A DNA stretch of 64,000 nt, from positions 27,972 through 91,971 of the forward strand of contig CAZRBW010000003.1 of the NCBI GenBank assembly GCA_964598395.1. The letters are read 5' to 3'. The DNA comes from an uncultured Roseivirgaceae bacterium. Lineage in GTDB: Bacteria > Bacteroidota > Bacteroidia > Cytophagales > Cyclobacteriaceae. The position numbers were made by a program, and so were the translations under genes. Positions within the stretch are counted from its first letter, which is position 1; every line of letters begins with the position of its first letter. Shown here piece after piece: positions 31,037 to 40,528 of this stretch. The notes beneath the pieces are model-generated. The model had not been told where the DNA came from. It made no database searches and saw nothing but the letters and a program-made list of their open reading frames with translations.

Positions 31037-31113
31037 TGGGTGAAAGACGGGATTCGAACCCGCGGCCTCTAGTGCCACAAACTAGCGCTCTAACCGGCTG
31101 AGCTACAATCACC
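31037..31113 (-). tRNA. tRNA-His (anticodon GTG) with encoded G-1
   Basis: The minus strand reads GGTGATTGTAGCTCAGCCGGTTAGAGCGCTAGTTTGTGGCACTAGAGGCCGCGGGTTCGAATCCCGTCTTTCACCCA. It has D, anticodon (loop TTGTGGC) and T (TTCGAAT) arms. The extra 5' G is typical of tRNA-His. Confidence 0.85.
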
Positions 31114-31205
31114 ATTTTTGGGAGTACAAAAGTAGATGTTTGCTTCTATTTTGCCAAAATTTTGAGCTTATTTTTATTTAGCTTCAAATTAGTACTTTGC
31201 ATCGA

Positions 31206-32540
31206 CTAGCGATCATAGGCTAATCTCTGTCCTAAGCCACCTTCAATAATTTGGCCATTTTCGTAGGCCACTCGACCATTCACGAAAGTATGACTTACAG
31301 CAGACTGAAATTTCTGCCCTTCGAATGGCGACCAACCGCATTTATAAAGCAGATTGCTTTTGCTTACCTCCCAAGGTGAATTCAGATCTACCAAAACCAA
31401 ATCTGCTATATACCCTTCTCTTATATAGCCTCTGTCTTTTACAGCAAAAAGATCTGCCACATTATGACTCGTCATTTTGACAATATGCTCCAGACTGATT
31501 TTGCCTTGATGATAAAACTCCAACATCGCTACTAAGCTATGCTGAATAAGTGGTCCACCAGATGGCGCTTTGAGGTAATCTTGCATTTTTTCTTCTAAGG
31601 TATGCGGCGCATGGTCGGTGGCAATTACATCTATTCTGCCATCGAGCACAGCGGCAAAAATTGCATCACGATCTTGCTCGGCTTTTACAGCCGGATTCCA
31701 TTTAATGAAATTGCCTTTGCTGGCATAATCCTTATCGCTAAACCAAAGATGATGCACACAAGCTTCGGCAGTGATCTTTTTTTCGGCCAGCGGAATAGTA
31801 TTGTCAAACTGATCTAATTCGCGGGAGGTTGAAATGTGCAGAATATGTAATCTGCTGCCATATTTTTTGGCCAATGATATTGCATAAGAGGATGACTTGT
31901 AGCATGCTTCTGCATCACGGATTTTTGGATGAAACGAGGCATCTATTTGCTCACCGTATTCGGCAACGATTCTTGCCTGATTGGCCTTAATCATTGGGTC
32001 ATCCTCACAATGTGTGGCAATAAGCATTGGTGCATGTTCGAAAATACCTTCTAATGCTTTAATATCATCTACCACCAAATTGCCTGTGGAGGAACCCATG
32101 AAAATCTTTATTCCCGCTATATTCTTTGGATTGGCTTTTTTTATTTCCTCCAGATTGTGATTGGAAGTGCCTAAGTAAAAGGAATAATTTGCCAAACTGG
32201 TATTGGCGGCAATGTTGAATTTATCCTCTAGCAGCTCCAAAGTAGTTGCGGCTGGCGATGTATTTGGCATTTCCATAAAGCTAGTAACACCTCCCGCCAC
32301 CGCTGCACGCGACTCGGTATATATATCTGCTTTGTGGGTGAGCCCTGGTTCCCTGAAGTGTACTTGATCGTCAATTAGGCCAGGAAGCAAATATTTACCT
32401 CCCGCATCTATTACTTTAGCGGCTGAATCAGAGATAGTCCCAGCAATTTTTTCAATCCTTTCGCCTACTATCAATACATCGGCCTGAATGATCTTGCCTT
32501 CGTTGACTATATTTGCATTGGTTATCAGTATTTTCGACAT
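31206..32540 (-). CDS. pyrC: Dihydroorotase (amidohydrolase superfamily, long form)
   Basis: 444 aa with the metal-binding motif DDQVHFREPG and later His/Asp ligands. Confidence 0.85.
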   Translation of the reverse strand: MSKILITNANIVNEGKIIQADVLIVGERIEKIAGTISDSAAKVIDAGGKYLLPGLIDDQVHFREPGLTHKADIYTESRAAVAGGVTSFMEMPNTSPAATTLELLEDKFNIAANTSLANYSFYLGTSNHNLEEIKKANPKNIAGIKIFMGSSTGNLVVDDIKALEGIFEHAPMLIATHCEDDPMIKANQARIVAEYGEQIDASFHPKIRDAEACYKSSSYAISLAKKYGSRLHILHISTSRELDQFDNTIPLAEKKITAEACVHHLWFSDKDYASKGNFIKWNPAVKAEQDRDAIFAAVLDGRIDVIATDHAPHTLEEKMQDYLKAPSGGPLIQHSLVAMLEFYHQGKISLEHIVKMTSHNVADLFAVKDRGYIREGYIADLVLVDLNSPWEVSKSNLLYKCGWSPFEGQKFQSAVSHTFVNGRVAYENGQIIEGGLGQRLAYDR

Positions 32541-32552
32541 AATTAATTATTT

Positions 32553-33869
32553 GTGGACACACCCAAAGATAAGGAAAGTCAAGTTTCATTCGAGGATTTT
32601 AAGCTGAATAAGCAAGTGCTTGATGCAATTGCCGAAGCAGGATTGGAGCAGCCTACTGAAATTCAACAGAAAGCCATTCCTCAAATTATGGCTGGCCATG
32701 ATATTTTTGGAATTGCACCTACGGGTACGGGCAAAACTGCTGCATTCATTCTGCCCATATTAATGAAGCTTCGCTATCCGCAGGGAGATCATGCTCGAGT
32801 ACTGATATTGGGACCCACGAGGGAGCTTATTTCTCAAGTGGCAGACGAGGCTCGGAAATTTGCCAAGAATACAGGACTTCGGGTAGTGGAATTGTATGGA
32901 GGGATTGGCCCGAAAACTCAGATAGAAAATATACAAGCCGGTGCAGATATCATTGTAGCCACACCAGGTCGCTTTTTGGACATTTATAGCCGAGGCGAAA
33001 TGGTGGTGAAGCTCATCAAAACGCTGATTCTAGACGAAGCAGATAAGATGATGGATATGGGTTTTATGCCTCAGATTAGGCAAATACTAGAAGTAATCCC
33101 TACCAAAAGGCAGAATTTGCTCTTTTCGGCTACCATCCCGCAAAAGGTAGAAAAGCTATCGGAAGAGTTTCTGGAATTCCCTGTGAAAGTGCAAGTAGCA
33201 CTTACACAGACCACTGCAATTACAGTGAGTCAAGAGAAATATCTTACTCCGAATTTGAAAACGAAGATTAACCTATTGCTGCATTTATTGACAACAAATG
33301 ACGATTTCGAAAGAGCAATTGTTTTTGTGAAAAAGCGTGGGCATGCAGATGCTGTGTTCAAATATTTGGAGAGGAAGAATTTGGGTGATGTTAGAGTAAT
33401 CCATGCGAATAAAGGCCAAAACACCCGCATGAATAGCATTGAGGCATTTAAAGCGGGAGGTATTAGGGTTTTGGTAGCTACAGATGTGATGGCGCGTGGC
33501 ATCGATGTACTTGATGTAAGCCATGTGATCAATTTCGATGTGCCATTGATTTACGAAGACTATATCCACCGAATCGGTCGCACTGGTCGTGCTTTCAAAT
33601 CAGGTATTTCTATCACTTTTGTGACACCTGCCGAAGAATACCATTTCGATAGAATAGAGAAGTTGATTAAGCAAAAAGTGCCACTAGCTCATATTCCAAA
33701 AGGAGTAGAAATAGTAAAAACACCAAAGGCAGAAGAGCAAGAAATGCTACGTGAAATAGATGAGCAAAACCGAAGAGAAAATCCTGAGTTTAAAGGTGCC
33801 TTTCATGAGAAGAAGGAAAGGAAATTTAAAAAGAGCTCAAGTCCTAAAAAGGGTAACAAGAGAAGGTGA
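32553..33869 (+). CDS. DEAD-box ATP-dependent RNA helicase
   Basis: GTG start. Has the Q motif, APTGTGKT, DEAD (LDEADKM), SAT, HRIGRTGR and a basic C-terminal tail. Confidence 0.9.
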   Translation: MDTPKDKESQVSFEDFKLNKQVLDAIAEAGLEQPTEIQQKAIPQIMAGHDIFGIAPTGTGKTAAFILPILMKLRYPQGDHARVLILGPTRELISQVADEARKFAKNTGLRVVELYGGIGPKTQIENIQAGADIIVATPGRFLDIYSRGEMVVKLIKTLILDEADKMMDMGFMPQIRQILEVIPTKRQNLLFSATIPQKVEKLSEEFLEFPVKVQVALTQTTAITVSQEKYLTPNLKTKINLLLHLLTTNDDFERAIVFVKKRGHADAVFKYLERKNLGDVRVIHANKGQNTRMNSIEAFKAGGIRVLVATDVMARGIDVLDVSHVINFDVPLIYEDYIHRIGRTGRAFKSGISITFVTPAEEYHFDRIEKLIKQKVPLAHIPKGVEIVKTPKAEEQEMLREIDEQNRRENPEFKGAFHEKKERKFKKSSSPKKGNKRR

Positions 33870-33900
33870 GAATTTCAACCCACTAACTAAAGTGCCTTTG

Positions 33901-34872
33901 CTATTTTCTATTTTTTTCCGCCCATTCCTTAGCAAAATAAGTAAGAATAATATCTGCACCCGCTCTGCGCATGCTTGTAAGGGTTTCGTCAATAGCTCTT
34001 TGACGGTCGATCCAGCCTCGCTCGGCAGCAGCGGTGATCATGGAATATTCTCCGCTTACATTATAAGCTGCAATAGGTAATTCAAAATTGTCCTTGAGCA
34101 AGCGAATGACATCTAAATAGGCCAATGCGGGTTTTACCATTAGGAAGTCAGCTCCTTCATCTTCGTCTAGCCCAGCTTCAATCAATGCCTCATTTCTATT
34201 AGCTGGGTTCATTTGGTAGGTTTTCTTATCGCCAAATTTTGGAGCGGAATCCAAAGCATCGCGGAATGGCCCATAAAATGCGCTCGCATATTTGGCCGTA
34301 TAGCTCATGATGGAAGTCTCGGTAAAGCCATTATCATCCAAAAGCTCACGAATATAGCCAACTCGCCCATCCATCATATCCGATGGCCCAAGGATATCGA
34401 TACCACAATCTGCTTGCGCCAAAGCCATGTTTCCGAGTATTTCTAAGCTTTCGTCATTTAGGATTTTGCCATTTTCGACCAAGCCGTCATGACCATCGCT
34501 ACTGTAAGGATCCATCGCTACGTCCGTCATAATGCAAGCTTCGGGAAATTGCTTTTTGATTTCTCTGAGTGCTTGTAAATAGAAAAAATTGGGATCGTAG
34601 CTTTTAGTGGCAGTTTTGTCTTTGTGTTTTTCATCAACCACAGGAAAAATGTCGAAAGTCATAATACCTAGATTCATACATTGCTCGATTTCTTTCAACA
34701 TATGGTCTAAAGTATAGCGATAAATTCCAGGCATAGAATTCACCTCGATTTTCCTCCCGCTTCCTTCCAACAAAAACAGCGGGAGGATAAGGTTTGTGGC
34801 TTGTAAATGCGTTTCCTGCACCATATTTCGGATAGCAGCTGATTTGCGGTTGCGACGAGGACGTTGATTCAT
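33901..34872 (-). CDS. hemB: Porphobilinogen synthase (delta-aminolevulinate dehydratase)
   Basis: 323 aa with a conserved ALAD pattern including the Schiff-base Lys region FLMVKPA. Confidence 0.95.
   Translation of the reverse strand: MNQRPRRNRKSAAIRNMVQETHLQATNLILPLFLLEGSGRKIEVNSMPGIYRYTLDHMLKEIEQCMNLGIMTFDIFPVVDEKHKDKTATKSYDPNFFYLQALREIKKQFPEACIMTDVAMDPYSSDGHDGLVENGKILNDESLEILGNMALAQADCGIDILGPSDMMDGRVGYIRELLDDNGFTETSIMSYTAKYASAFYGPFRDALDSAPKFGDKKTYQMNPANRNEALIEAGLDEDEGADFLMVKPALAYLDVIRLLKDNFELPIAAYNVSGEYSMITAAAERGWIDRQRAIDETLTSMRRAGADIILTYFAKEWAEKNRK
34752..34787. repeat. Perfect 10-bp inverted repeat built from two copies of the over-represented octamer, inside hemB
   Basis: tcctcccgct (34752-34761) and agcgggagga (34778-34787), with a 16-nt spacer. 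Confidence 0.9.
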
Positions 34873-35030
34873 GTTCTTTATTTTTTGCTAAATTAACAAA
34901 AGCAAAGGTGCATTACCAATTACTGTTATTTGCTTTATTGCTATACCTTTAGCATTACTTTTCGTATTTGTAACTTAAACACCTTTGTTCAAAATGGACA
35001 AATTTGCTTGGTCAGTTTGAAAATTAATTA

Positions 35031-36491
35031 ATGTTCCAGCGGCTCAAACGGTTACAAGAGGCTTTAGATATATTTCGCTTTTTTGAGCGAATTTCTGGCA
35101 AGAAGCCTCCCTTAGCAATTCGTAATCTTTTCATATTTTCATTTGGCGCTGTGGTTGCCATAGCCGTTGTATTCTATTTGAATATCAACACGGATTTGCC
35201 AAGAGAAAAGGTTTTTATGCTGGGGATTTTCATTTTGGCATCTTGGCTTTGGCTTACGGAAGCAGTGCCTTTATTTGCCACTGCTGTGCTTATTATTGGG
35301 TTAGAGGTACTGCTACTTGGCAATCCAGGAAATTGGGATAGCCTTGGGTTTGAAGTTGCCGAGAATCCTGGTTTTCGCAATTTCTTAATGCCTTTGTCCG
35401 ATCCTGTAATCGTGCTTTTCTTTGGCGGATTTATATTAGCGATGGCTACCGTAAAAGAAGGTGTAGATAAAGCCCTTGCTGGCCAATTACTAAATATTTT
35501 TGGAAAAAGTCCATCGAAAGTGTTATTCGGCATGATGGGAGTTACCGCCATTTTTTCAATGTTTATGAGTAATACCGCTACTGCTGCGATGATGATTACA
35601 TTGAGTATTCCAATCCTTGCGCAAATTCCTGCCAAAGAACCTTTTCGCAAATCATTGATGTTGGCCATACCATTTGCAGCGAATATAGGCGGTATGGGCA
35701 CTCCAATTTCATCTCCGCCAAATGCAGTCGCAGTAGCCTATTTGCGTACTTCGGGATATGATGTAAGCTTTTTTGAGTGGTTTCTAATTGCACTCCCAAT
35801 TTGGGTTATTTTGCTGTTTGTCTTATTTTTTCTATTATCCAAGATATATAAAGCACCAGTTGGATTTGCTGAGTTTGATGTGCCAAAAAGCCCTATCGAT
35901 AAGAGAGGTTGGTTTGTCATAATTATTTTTGCTTCAACTGTTTTACTTTGGCTCACAGATTTTTTCCATGGGTTACCTCCCGCCGTTGTTGCATTGATTC
36001 CGCCAATCGTATTTACTACTACCGGCCTTATCAGTACTAAAGATTTAAAGAGACTCGATTGGCATATTTTATTATTGATTGCTGGAGGAATTGCACTAGG
36101 TACGGGCATGCAGGTTACAGAATTAGATTTGGAAGTATTGAATTATCTGCCAACTGATTCTCCTTACATTTTGGGAATATTATTATTTAGCACTTTGATT
36201 ATGAGTACTTTCTTATCCAATACGGCAAGTGCAAACTTAATTATCCCATTAGCTTTGGCAATTTCCTATGCGATAGATGACTATGGTGCAAAGGCCTTAA
36301 TTATTGGTGTAGCATTAATGGCATCTTCTGCAATGGCATTACCTGTGAGCACACCGCCAAACGCAATGGCTTATGCTAAAGGTGAGTTGCTTTCGAAAGA
36401 TTTCGTATTTACAGGATCCATAGTTGGCATTATTGGTTTAGGCTTAGTTTTAGCATACTTTAGACTGATGAGTTATTTCGGAATTCTTTAG
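35031..36491 (+). CDS. SLC13/DASS family anion:sodium symporter
   Basis: 486-aa polytopic protein with two re-entrant SNT/SxPN-type motifs (FMSNTATAAMM, ISSPPNAVA, FLSNTASANL, VSTPPNAMA). Confidence 0.8.
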   Translation: MFQRLKRLQEALDIFRFFERISGKKPPLAIRNLFIFSFGAVVAIAVVFYLNINTDLPREKVFMLGIFILASWLWLTEAVPLFATAVLIIGLEVLLLGNPGNWDSLGFEVAENPGFRNFLMPLSDPVIVLFFGGFILAMATVKEGVDKALAGQLLNIFGKSPSKVLFGMMGVTAIFSMFMSNTATAAMMITLSIPILAQIPAKEPFRKSLMLAIPFAANIGGMGTPISSPPNAVAVAYLRTSGYDVSFFEWFLIALPIWVILLFVLFFLLSKIYKAPVGFAEFDVPKSPIDKRGWFVIIIFASTVLLWLTDFFHGLPPAVVALIPPIVFTTTGLISTKDLKRLDWHILLLIAGGIALGTGMQVTELDLEVLNYLPTDSPYILGILLFSTLIMSTFLSNTASANLIIPLALAISYAIDDYGAKALIIGVALMASSAMALPVSTPPNAMAYAKGELLSKDFVFTGSIVGIIGLGLVLAYFRLMSYFGIL

Positions 36492-36687
36492 CAAGCCTGA
36501 TTTCCCTTTTGTCATCAAATTAGTACCTTATAAGATAAGTAAATTCCGTAATTGAATTTCTTGCATCATTTTTGAACAATTGGCGTTTTATTAGGGTAAA
36601 GAAAATTGAAAACTTACTTCGTGTTTATAGATTTAATAATCGGATTTCTTTAATTTCCTCATTTAAGAATTATTTCAAATATTATAT

Positions 36688-38733
36688 ATGAAAAGGTTAA
36701 GCATATTTTTTAGTCTAATCGCTATTCTGTCTTTCAATGCTTTTGCGCAATCGCAAAGTAACGAGGCTATGGAGGTTTTACAACCTACGGAAGCTCAGAT
36801 GAAGCAAACTGTGGTCGTTACCAATCTGCTAAACAATTACCATTATCGTAAAACACCTCTTTCTGATTCTTTATCTCAAGTTGTTTTCGATCAATATTTA
36901 TCTTCATTGGACAATGGTAAACTGTATTTCCAGCAATCTGATATTGATGCATTTCAGCGATATAAGCTGCGATTGGACGATGACTTAAAAAGAGGAAATC
37001 TCGAAGCAGCCTATGTGATATTTGAGATATTTCGTCAGCGAATGATCGATAGAATGGTCTATTTGAATGAAGTATTGGATGAGGGTTTTGACTTCTCAAC
37101 CGAAGAATATTTTGATACCAAAGCTGAAAATGAAAAATATGCAAGTAGTCTTGCGGAATGGAATGAGCGTTGGAGAAAATACATGAAGTTACAAGCATTG
37201 AATTTGATGCTTGCTGATAGAGATTATGAAAGTGCAAAAGAAGTACTTAAAAAGAGATACAATACCATTAGCAGGACGCTAAGACAATATAGAAGTGAAG
37301 ATGTATTTCAAGTTTATATGAATGCATTAACAGAAGCATTTGATCCGCATACAAGTTATTTTTCACCAATCACTGCTGAAAAATTTCAAGAGGAGATGAG
37401 TTTGACCTTTGAGGGAATTGGCGCAAGACTCCAAATGGAAGATGAATACACAAAAATAGTTGAAGTAATCGCAGGTGGCCCGGCTTTTAAGAGTAAGGAG
37501 CTACAAGCAAATGATTTGATTGTAGGTGTAGGGCAAGGTGTAGATGGCGAAATTGAAGATGTGGTAGGTTGGAGACTTGATGATGTAGTAGCGCTAATCA
37601 AAGGCCCAAAAGGTACCAAAGTAAGATTGAAAATCAAGCCAGGTGAAGGTGGTATTAATGCGCCTCCAATGGAAGTGGTATTGGAGAGAGACCAAATAAA
37701 ACTAGAAGATGAAGCTGCAAAAGCAGAATTGTTGCAAGTGGAGAGAAATGGGCGAAACTACAATGTGGGTGTAATTACGATTCCAAATTTCTATATGGAT
37801 TTTGCTGCAGCCTCCAAAGGTGATCCAAATTACCGTAGCACTACTCGCGATGTAAAAAGACTAATTACCGAACTACAAGAACAAAAGGTAGAAGGGATTA
37901 TTATTGACTTGAGAAGAAATGGTGGAGGAGCTTTGCTTGAGGCTATTCAACTTACGGGACTTTTTGTAAATCAAGGTCCGGTTGTGCAAATCCGTAGTGG
38001 GAATGGGGCTGTGAGAGTAGAAGAAGATGACACGCCAAACGTATTTTATGATGGCCCATTAAGTGTACTAGTAGATAGATTTTCTGCATCAGCTTCTGAG
38101 ATTTTTGCTGGAGCTATTCAAGATTATAAACGTGGTGTTGTAATAGGAGAAACTACATTTGGAAAAGGAACCGTACAGAATGTAATCGACCTTGAAACCT
38201 ATTTACCTCAAGAAAGAGATAAATTAGGCCAGTTGAAATTCACCCTAGGGATGTATTACAGAGTTAATGGCGAGAGTACTCAACAGAGAGGGGTTGTCCC
38301 TGATGTAAACCTTCCTTCAATTATGAGCGCGGAGGAATTTGGAGAAAGCTCAAGATCTAATGCATTGCCATTCGAAAAAATAAATCAAGCTAAGTTCAAA
38401 CCAAACAATAAAATTGATACTGACTTGGTGAAAAACCTTAACAATTATTTTGCTAACCGACTGAAAAATGAGCAAGACTTAAATAATTTGCTTGCTGAGA
38501 TTGAAGACATTAAAAAGGAAAGAGCTGAAACACGTATTTCGCTGAACCTTGAGGTGCGAAAAGATCAAATTAAATTGGCTGAGCAAATAAGAACTGCCAG
38601 AAACAAACTAAGTGGAAATGTTGGCTCAAGTGAAATCAAAAATGTGAAAGATAAAGCACCTCTTACTAATGACATTTACTTGAAAGAATCAGTGATGATA
38701 ATGAGTGAGATGTTGTTTCGAAAGGTTGGTTAA
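36688..38733 (+). CDS. prc: Carboxy-terminal processing (tail-specific) peptidase, S41 family
   Basis: 681 aa with a signal peptide, a PDZ region and the S41 catalytic region (LVDRFSASASEIFAG...GKGTVQ). Confidence 0.9.
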   Translation: MKRLSIFFSLIAILSFNAFAQSQSNEAMEVLQPTEAQMKQTVVVTNLLNNYHYRKTPLSDSLSQVVFDQYLSSLDNGKLYFQQSDIDAFQRYKLRLDDDLKRGNLEAAYVIFEIFRQRMIDRMVYLNEVLDEGFDFSTEEYFDTKAENEKYASSLAEWNERWRKYMKLQALNLMLADRDYESAKEVLKKRYNTISRTLRQYRSEDVFQVYMNALTEAFDPHTSYFSPITAEKFQEEMSLTFEGIGARLQMEDEYTKIVEVIAGGPAFKSKELQANDLIVGVGQGVDGEIEDVVGWRLDDVVALIKGPKGTKVRLKIKPGEGGINAPPMEVVLERDQIKLEDEAAKAELLQVERNGRNYNVGVITIPNFYMDFAAASKGDPNYRSTTRDVKRLITELQEQKVEGIIIDLRRNGGGALLEAIQLTGLFVNQGPVVQIRSGNGAVRVEEDDTPNVFYDGPLSVLVDRFSASASEIFAGAIQDYKRGVVIGETTFGKGTVQNVIDLETYLPQERDKLGQLKFTLGMYYRVNGESTQQRGVVPDVNLPSIMSAEEFGESSRSNALPFEKINQAKFKPNNKIDTDLVKNLNNYFANRLKNEQDLNNLLAEIEDIKKERAETRISLNLEVRKDQIKLAEQIRTARNKLSGNVGSSEIKNVKDKAPLTNDIYLKESVMIMSEMLFRKVG

Positions 38734-38742
38734 ATATTCTTT

Positions 38743-38768
38743 AAAAGGTGCTTTAAGCACCTTTTTTT
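38743..38768 (+). terminator. Rho-independent terminator after prc
   Basis: aaaaggtgc-ttta-agcacctttttttt. Confidence 0.85.
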
Positions 38769-38821
38769 ATTTGATAGTGTGCTACTCAGAGAAAATATTT
38801 ATTTTCAAGAAATTCTTTAAT

Positions 38822-40462
38822 ATGAAAAATTCATCTATTCGCAGCGTTTCATGTGCTTGTGTTTATCTGCTTTTCGCAGTGACTTTTATCCTACCCAATT
38901 TCTCAGCCATTGCTATGCAAGAGCCAGATGCATTAAGTGCGGAATGGCATCGCGAAAGAAGAAATGAACTTCGTAAAATAATGCCTGAAAACTCCGTTGC
39001 CGTGCTTTTCTCGAATCCAGTGCGCAATAGAGCCAATGATGTCGATTACGACTATCATCAAGATCCAGATTTTTACTATCTCACTGGTTATAAAGAACCA
39101 CACTCGGTACTATTGATTTTTTCTGAAATTCAATCTGATACAAATGGGAATCAATTTGATGAAATGCTTTTTGCACAAGAAAGAAATCCACAAGCCGAAA
39201 TGTGGAATGGGCGGAGATTAGGCGTAGAAGGTGTGAAGGAAAAGCTGGGATTCAAAATGGCTTTTAACGGCAAGGATTTTAAAGACCTACCGATCAATTT
39301 CAGTAATTTCGATAAGGTGCTATTTTTCAATTTCTTCAACGATGTGCGAGATACCAGAGATGGTGCAGATTTATTTGATTTGATAAATACCTTCAAAGAA
39401 AAGGCTAGTTTCCCTGCCAATCATAGTGCTGATAAACAACGACTCTATAACTTAATAAGAACAACAGATGCCAACAATCATAGCAATGTAGCCTCCACCA
39501 TCGATCGTTCATTGAGTACGAATGAAAGTCTGAAATCTGATAAAATATTATCTGATTATGCATTGAATTCTAATCCTGAAATTCGCTTAAAAATTGCTCA
39601 AACCTTACCGAAAGATAATTTGGATGGAACAGCTTTGGCAGGATTAATGGGGCAGTTGAGAGAAATAAAGACGCCAGAAGAGGTAGATTTGATGAGAAAG
39701 GCCGTAAGCATAAGCGCTCAAGGCCAAATTGAAGTTATGAAAGCCATGCATCCAGATATGTCGGAGCGGGAGGTTCAAGGAATTCATGAGTTTGTTTACA
39801 AAAAGTATGGATCAGAAGCGGTTGGCTATGGCTCAATCGTAGGTGCTGGAGAAAATGGGTGTATTCTTCATTACATAGAAAACAGTGACACCCAAGTTGG
39901 CGATAGACTTGTATTAATGGATTTGGGAGCACAATACAGAGGCTATACAGCAGATGTAACCCGTACAATTCCTGCAAATGGAAAATTTACCAATGAGGAA
40001 AGAGCCATTTACGATTTGGTATATGCAGCCCAAGAAGCTGGATTTGCTGAATGTACTCCAGGCAACAACTTTAGAGCACCTCACTTGGCAGCAGCAAAAG
40101 TGATCAATGATGGATTAGTGAAATTGGGAATCATAAAGGAGGGTCAGCGTCATTCTTATTTTCCACATGGCACTTCTCATTATTTAGGCTTAGATGTGCA
40201 CGATAGAGGCACTGGCGGAGTGTTTAGACCAAACACAGTTATTACTGTTGAACCGGGCATTTATATCCCAGTGGGCAGTCCTTGCGATGAGAAATGGTGG
40301 GGAATTGCCGTACGAATTGAAGACGATATATTAATAACTGAAACGGGCTGGGAAAATCTTTCAGCAGCTGCACCAAGAAAGTCTACAGAAATAGAAGCAA
40401 TGATGCAACAAGAAGGAATTTTTAGCAAAATCAGTCTACCTAACATAACTGATATAAAGTAA
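38822..40462 (+). CDS. pepP: Xaa-Pro aminopeptidase (M24B)
   Basis: Starts at MKNSSIRS with a signal-like N-terminus. Has an AMP_N domain and M24 metal ligands (DLGAQYRGYTADVTRT, HGTSHYLGLDVHD, VEPGIY, IRIEDD). The track start (38705) overlaps prc and its terminator. Confidence 0.9.
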   Translation: MKNSSIRSVSCACVYLLFAVTFILPNFSAIAMQEPDALSAEWHRERRNELRKIMPENSVAVLFSNPVRNRANDVDYDYHQDPDFYYLTGYKEPHSVLLIFSEIQSDTNGNQFDEMLFAQERNPQAEMWNGRRLGVEGVKEKLGFKMAFNGKDFKDLPINFSNFDKVLFFNFFNDVRDTRDGADLFDLINTFKEKASFPANHSADKQRLYNLIRTTDANNHSNVASTIDRSLSTNESLKSDKILSDYALNSNPEIRLKIAQTLPKDNLDGTALAGLMGQLREIKTPEEVDLMRKAVSISAQGQIEVMKAMHPDMSEREVQGIHEFVYKKYGSEAVGYGSIVGAGENGCILHYIENSDTQVGDRLVLMDLGAQYRGYTADVTRTIPANGKFTNEERAIYDLVYAAQEAGFAECTPGNNFRAPHLAAAKVINDGLVKLGIIKEGQRHSYFPHGTSHYLGLDVHDRGTGGVFRPNTVITVEPGIYIPVGSPCDEKWWGIAVRIEDDILITETGWENLSAAAPRKSTEIEAMMQQEGIFSKISLPNITDIK

Positions 40463-40470
40463 TATCATCT

Positions 40471-40510
40471 TAATTCGGCAAATTGAGTGTCATCTCAATT
40501 TGCCGAATTA
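40471..40510. terminator. Perfect 17-bp inverted repeat (hairpin or operator) between pepP and the glycosyltransferase gene
   Basis: taattcggcaaattgag-tgtcat-ctcaatttgccgaatta. There is no clear T-run afterwards, so terminator versus protein-binding palindrome is undecided. Confidence 0.5.
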
Positions 40511-40528
40511 TCCATTTTGGAACCAACC

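Noticed and set aside
30914-31205. tRNA-His as an integration site for a genomic island.
   Set aside because: There is no integrase, no direct repeat of the tRNA 3' end and no compositional shift nearby. The neighbours are ndk and pyrC.
35174-35701. Long antisense ORFs in the track, for example 35174-35701, 35738-36109, 13859-14293, 21983-22384, 3072-3491 and 36818-37237.
   Set aside because: Each lies entirely opposite a confidently recognised gene (DASS transporter, amidase, guaB, thioesterase, prc). Their translations are low-complexity and motif-free, so they are shadow ORFs.
38705-38821. N-terminal extension of pepP overlapping prc.
   Set aside because: The extension runs through the prc stop and a strong terminator hairpin (38743-38768). 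A signal-peptide-like start (MKNSSIRS...) exists at 38822.
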